A stretch of DNA of 64,000 nucleotides, from the NCBI GenBank assembly GCA_038206915.1, contig JBBRAI010000001.1, forward strand, positions 36,025 through 100,024, given 5' to 3'. Each line of letters starts with the position of its first letter. Position 1 is the stretch's first letter. Position numbers and translations under genes: made by a program. Below the pieces are notes generated by a model. It saw only the letters and a list, made by a program, of their open reading frames with translations, did no database searches and had not been told where the DNA came from. The stretch is from Burkholderiales bacterium (lineage in GTDB: Bacteria; Pseudomonadota; Gammaproteobacteria; Burkholderiales; SG8-39). Positions 60,787 to 64,000 of this stretch are shown one piece after another.

Positions 60787-63018
60787 TCAGGCCCTTTTCT
60801 TCTTCGGCGCAGCTTCTTCGGCGAGGCGGAAATCGATTTTGCTCGTATCCAGGTCCACGCGCACCAGCTTCACCCGCACGCGGTCGGCCAGCCGAAACCT
60901 CCGCGCGGTGCGCTCGCCGAGCAGCTGGTGCCTGGCGGCGTCGAAATTGAAGTAGTCCTCGCCGAGTTCTGAGATGTGCACCAGGCCTTCGACATAGACG
61001 TCGTCCAGCGCGACGAATATGCCGAATCCGGTGACCGCGCTGATCGAGCCGGGAAATTCCTCGCCGATGCGGTCCTGCATGAAGTAGCACTTGAGCCAGG
61101 ACTCCACGTCGCGCGTCGCGTCGTCGGCGCGCCGCTCGGTCATGGAACAGTGCGCGCCCAGTTCCTCCCAGTTGCCCGGGTTGTAGCTCTTGCCCGCGAG
61201 AGCCGCGTTGATCGCGCGATGCACCACCAGATCCGGGTAGCGCCGGATGGGCGAGGTGAAATGGGTATATGACTCGTAGGCGAGGCCGAAATGACCGACG
61301 TTTTCCGGACTGTACTGTGCCTGCCGCAGCGAGCGCAGCAGCACCGTCTGCAGCAGCTGGATGTCGGGACGGCCCTTGATTTTGGCGAGCAGCTTGGCGT
61401 AGTCCTTCGCGTGCGGTGTGTCGCCTCCGGACAAGTCCAGGCCGAACTGCTTGAGGAAAATGCGCAGCGCCTCCAGCTTCTCCGGCGTCGGCCCTTCGTG
61501 CACGCGGTACAGCGCCGGGTGCTTGCGGCTCTTGAGGAAATCGGAGGCGCAGACGTTGGCCGCCAGCATGCATTCCTCGATCAGACGGTGCGCGTCGTTG
61601 CGCTGCGTCGCCACGATGTTCTCGATCTTGCCCTGGTCATCGAACAGCATCTGCGTTTCGATGGTCTCGAAATCGATCGCACCGCGCTTTTCGCGCGCCT
61701 TGGCGAGCACGTGGTAGAGCGCGTACAGGTCCTCGAGGTGCGGCACCAGCTGCGCCGGCACCGGCTCGCCCTTCTGCGGCTGCAGGCTGAGCGCGGCCGC
61801 CACGCGGTTGTAGGTGAGGCGCGCCTGCGAGCGCATGACCGCGGCGTAGAAGCGGTACGGGCCGACCTCGCCCTGCGCGTCCACGCTCATCTCGCACACC
61901 ATGCACAGGCGGTCCACGTTCGCGTTGAGTGAACACAGGCCGTTGGAGAGCTTCTCCGGCAGCATCGGAATCACGCGCCGCGGGAAATACACCGAGGTGC
62001 CGCGCTCGCGTGAATCGGCATCCAGCGCGTCGCCCGGACGCACGTAGTGGCTGACGTCGGCGATCGCGACCCACAGGCGAAAGCCCTTGCCCTCGCGCTT
62101 GCAGTACACCGCGTCGTCGAAATCCCGCGCCGTCTCGCCGTCGATGGTCAGCAGCGGCAGCGCGCGCAGGTCTTCGCGTCCCTTGCAATCGTTCGTGCGC
62201 ACTTCGTCGGGCAGCTTTTCGGTGAGGCGCAGCGCCGCGCTCGAAAATTCATAGGGCAGCTCGTGCTTTCTCAGCGCAATCTCGATTTCCATGCCCGGGT
62301 CGGCGTAATTGCCCAGCACTTCGACGATGCGACCGGCGGGCTGCGCATTCTTGTTCGGCTGCGCGACGATTTCCACCGTCACCACCTGGCCCGGCTTCGC
62401 CCCCATCTCCGCGCCGGGCGGGATCAGGATGTCCTGGCTGATGCGCCGGTTCTCCGCCGCGACGAAGGCGACGCCGTGCGGCTTGTGCAAGCGGCCGACG
62501 AGGCGCGTATTGGCGCGCGAAATGATTTCGACAATAGTGCCTTCCGGGCGTCCGCGCCGGTCCACCCCGCTGGCGCGCGCCATGACGCGGTCGCCGTGCA
62601 GCACCTTGCGCATTTCCTTCTCGGACAGGAACATGTCCGGTCCGGACTCGTCGGGCACGAGGAAACCGAAACCGTCCGGGTGGCCTTCTACGCGGCCGGC
62701 GACCAGATCGAGTTTGCCGGCGACGAGGATCGCGTCGCGGCGGTTGCGCATGATCTGGCCCTCGCGCTCCATCGCGCGCAGCCGCCGGCGGAAGCTGTCG
62801 AGTTCATCCGCTTCGATGTGCAGCAGGCGGCATAGATCTTCCTCCTGCACCGGTATGCCCTGCTTGGCCAGCGTGTCCAGCACCAGCTCGCGGCTGGGCA
62901 AGGGATGTTCGTATTGTTCGGCTTCGCGCGCGTAGTGCGGATCGCGCGTTGAACGCGTCTCCGCATTGCGCGTTGCACCCGCAATACGTCCGCGTTTCGG
63001 GGGTTTTTGCGTTGACAA
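60787..63018 (-). CDS. rnr: ribonuclease R
   Basis: 743 aa with cold-shock/OB, RNB and C-terminal S1 regions (..GSISAVTGFGIFVALDDVYVEGLVHISEL..) and a basic tail. The start codon (TTG 63018) is uncertain. Confidence 0.9.
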   Translation of the reverse strand: MSTQKPPKRGRIAGATRNAETRSTRDPHYAREAEQYEHPLPSRELVLDTLAKQGIPVQEEDLCRLLHIEADELDSFRRRLRAMEREGQIMRNRRDAILVAGKLDLVAGRVEGHPDGFGFLVPDESGPDMFLSEKEMRKVLHGDRVMARASGVDRRGRPEGTIVEIISRANTRLVGRLHKPHGVAFVAAENRRISQDILIPPGAEMGAKPGQVVTVEIVAQPNKNAQPAGRIVEVLGNYADPGMEIEIALRKHELPYEFSSAALRLTEKLPDEVRTNDCKGREDLRALPLLTIDGETARDFDDAVYCKREGKGFRLWVAIADVSHYVRPGDALDADSRERGTSVYFPRRVIPMLPEKLSNGLCSLNANVDRLCMVCEMSVDAQGEVGPYRFYAAVMRSQARLTYNRVAAALSLQPQKGEPVPAQLVPHLEDLYALYHVLAKAREKRGAIDFETIETQMLFDDQGKIENIVATQRNDAHRLIEECMLAANVCASDFLKSRKHPALYRVHEGPTPEKLEALRIFLKQFGLDLSGGDTPHAKDYAKLLAKIKGRPDIQLLQTVLLRSLRQAQYSPENVGHFGLAYESYTHFTSPIRRYPDLVVHRAINAALAGKSYNPGNWEELGAHCSMTERRADDATRDVESWLKCYFMQDRIGEEFPGSISAVTGFGIFVALDDVYVEGLVHISELGEDYFNFDAARHQLLGERTARRFRLADRVRVKLVRVDLDTSKIDFRLAEEAAPKKKRA

Positions 63019-63039
63019 AATCCTTGTTTCCTATAGAAT
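63012..63039 (+). promoter_or_regulatory. sigma70-like promoter for tRNA-Leu
   Basis: TTGACA (63012-63017), 16-nt spacer, TAGAAT (63034-63039), 12 nt upstream of the tRNA 5' end. It overlaps the rnr start region. Confidence 0.5.
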
Positions 63040-63051
63040 TGCGCACCTTGT

Positions 63052-63138
63052 GCCCAGGTGGCGGAATTGGTAGACGCACATGGTTCAGGTCCATGCGGTG
63101 GAGACACTGTGGGGGTTCGAGTCCCTTCCTGGGCACCA
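63052..63138 (+). tRNA. tRNA-Leu (anticodon CAG), class II with long variable arm, encoded CCA
   Basis: Hand fold: acceptor GCCCAGG/CCTGGGC. Anticodon stem CATGG/CCATG with loop TTCAGGT. T-arm GGGGG-TTCGAGT-CCCTT (two G.U pairs). 3' ACCA. Confidence 0.85.
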
Positions 63139-63375
63139 GACGGGCTGAGACCGTATTTTAGCTTAATTCTCAGTCCGTTATACTCCGGCGCCGCAGTGCC
63201 GGCAGCCCTACACCCAGATCCGCTTGCAGCATGGCGCTGCACTTCGATTCCAGATTTTTTTCCGGTGCTGGCACTACTTCAGCCAGGCCCGGCGCCCGGC
63301 TAACGCGTCGCAGTTGCGACTTCGGATGAGTGGATCGTCCCGGCACGCTGCTGCGTGCGGCTCACGCCCATACTT

Positions 63376-63813
63376 TCATTTGCCGCGACGATTCGGAAAC
63401 AGCCGCGAGGCCTGCCACATTTCGAATTTCATCTGGCCGGATGCGATCAGAACATTGCCGCCGCTGTCCAGCACGCGCGCTTCAAGGCTGTGCTCGCCGC
63501 GCACAATCCCGGTGAGCTTGAATTGCGTCGCGCTTCGCACCGATGCCGTGCGGCCGTCCAGAATCAGCGCGATCCGGTCGCCCGCTGCTGCATTCAGGTC
63601 AGGCGAAACCGCGACGCTGACCTCCATGTCGCCGGCATTGTTGAACACCGTTTCGCCGCGCGCCGGCTTGACTACGGCGATTGACTGATAGGAAGACGTT
63701 GCGCCCGGCGCCGGCTCGTCTGGCGCGGCGAGCACCATTCCACTGCCGAGCACCGCCGCCAGCGCGATGCAAACGCACGCTGCACCGAAGTGAAGCCGCG
63801 CGCTTGGTCTCAT
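63376..63813 (-). CDS. hypothetical exported protein
   Basis: Start trimmed to MRPSARLHFGAACVCIALAAVLGSGMVLA (signal peptide). ATGA overlap with the upstream partial gene. No family recognised. Confidence 0.5.
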   Translation of the reverse strand: MRPSARLHFGAACVCIALAAVLGSGMVLAAPDEPAPGATSSYQSIAVVKPARGETVFNNAGDMEVSVAVSPDLNAAAGDRIALILDGRTASVRSATQFKLTGIVRGEHSLEARVLDSGGNVLIASGQMKFEMWQASRLFPNRRGK

Positions 63814-64000
63814 TGTCGGATCTCGGTGTACTGGCCTTCGATGACCGCCGGTTCGCGAAACGCAGGCCTGCGCGTCAACAAACCGCGCAGCCGCGACACG
63901 AACAGTGCCGCAGCGGCCACGACCGCGCAAACCAGCGCCAGCGCAAAACCGACCCAGAGCAAAACCACGCCGGCGAGCAAAGCCGCAACAACTAGCCACC
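63810..64000 (-). CDS. partial (3' end only) hypothetical membrane protein running off the window
   Basis: Hand translation of the minus strand gives ..LVVAALLAGVVLLWVGFALALVCAVVAAAALFVSRLRGLLTRRPAFREPAVIEGQYTEIRQ*, with the stop overlapping the next start. Confidence 0.3.
   Translation of the reverse strand, partial: WLVVAALLAGVVLLWVGFALALVCAVVAAAALFVSRLRGLLTRRPAFREPAVIEGQYTEIRQ

Overview
This is a GC-rich (about 65% by eye) chromosomal segment. Its gene content and synteny look betaproteobacterial, which is an inference from gene order and protein motifs; no database search was possible.

About 60 protein genes are supportable, and most are core housekeeping:
- ompR-envZ, thpR, fabB-fabA, ispF-ispD divergent from mfd-serB
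- trmJ-cysE-iscR-iscA divergent from suhB
- a TPR/OGT-like gene, then sufBCDS-sufU-nfu
- mutS, and an aminotransferase-hom-thrC operon
- an arn (L-Ara4N lipid A modification) operon with split arnA
- bcp and PIN-PhoH
- rnr-rlmB and rpsF-priB-rpsR-rplI-dnaB
- one tRNA-Leu(CAG)

Three visibly AT-richer accessory islets interrupt the core:
1. 2.6-7.7 kb: a transporter remnant, small stress proteins, a triheme cytochrome-BON fusion, an SGNH-like hydrolase, an exported orphan and a hemerythrin.
2. 30.0-33.5 kb: an orphan gene, AbiEi with a truncated AbiEii, and HipBA.
3. 52.8-56.7 kb: a rifampin-phosphotransferase-family PEP-utilizing kinase, a translationally coupled small membrane protein, and a membrane-anchored Bro-N-like protein.

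I saw no CRISPR array, rRNA, integrase, transposase or reverse transcriptase. I cannot point to a clearly complete, novel multi-gene system.

The observations most worth follow-up are:
- A ~235-bp multi-hairpin repeat family with fully compensated stem substitutions sits between cistrons of hom-thrC, arnA-arnD and rplI-dnaB.
- The isc locus is reduced to iscR-iscA. It lies next to a suf operon preceded by tandem IscR type-1-like boxes, and three promoters share the same half-site.
- The RPH-like kinase, membrane protein and Bro-N-like protein form an islet.
- A triheme cytochrome c is fused to a BON domain.
- Several further GC-hairpin repeat families occupy intercistronic gaps.

All family calls rest on motifs read from the supplied translations. 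None was verified by search.
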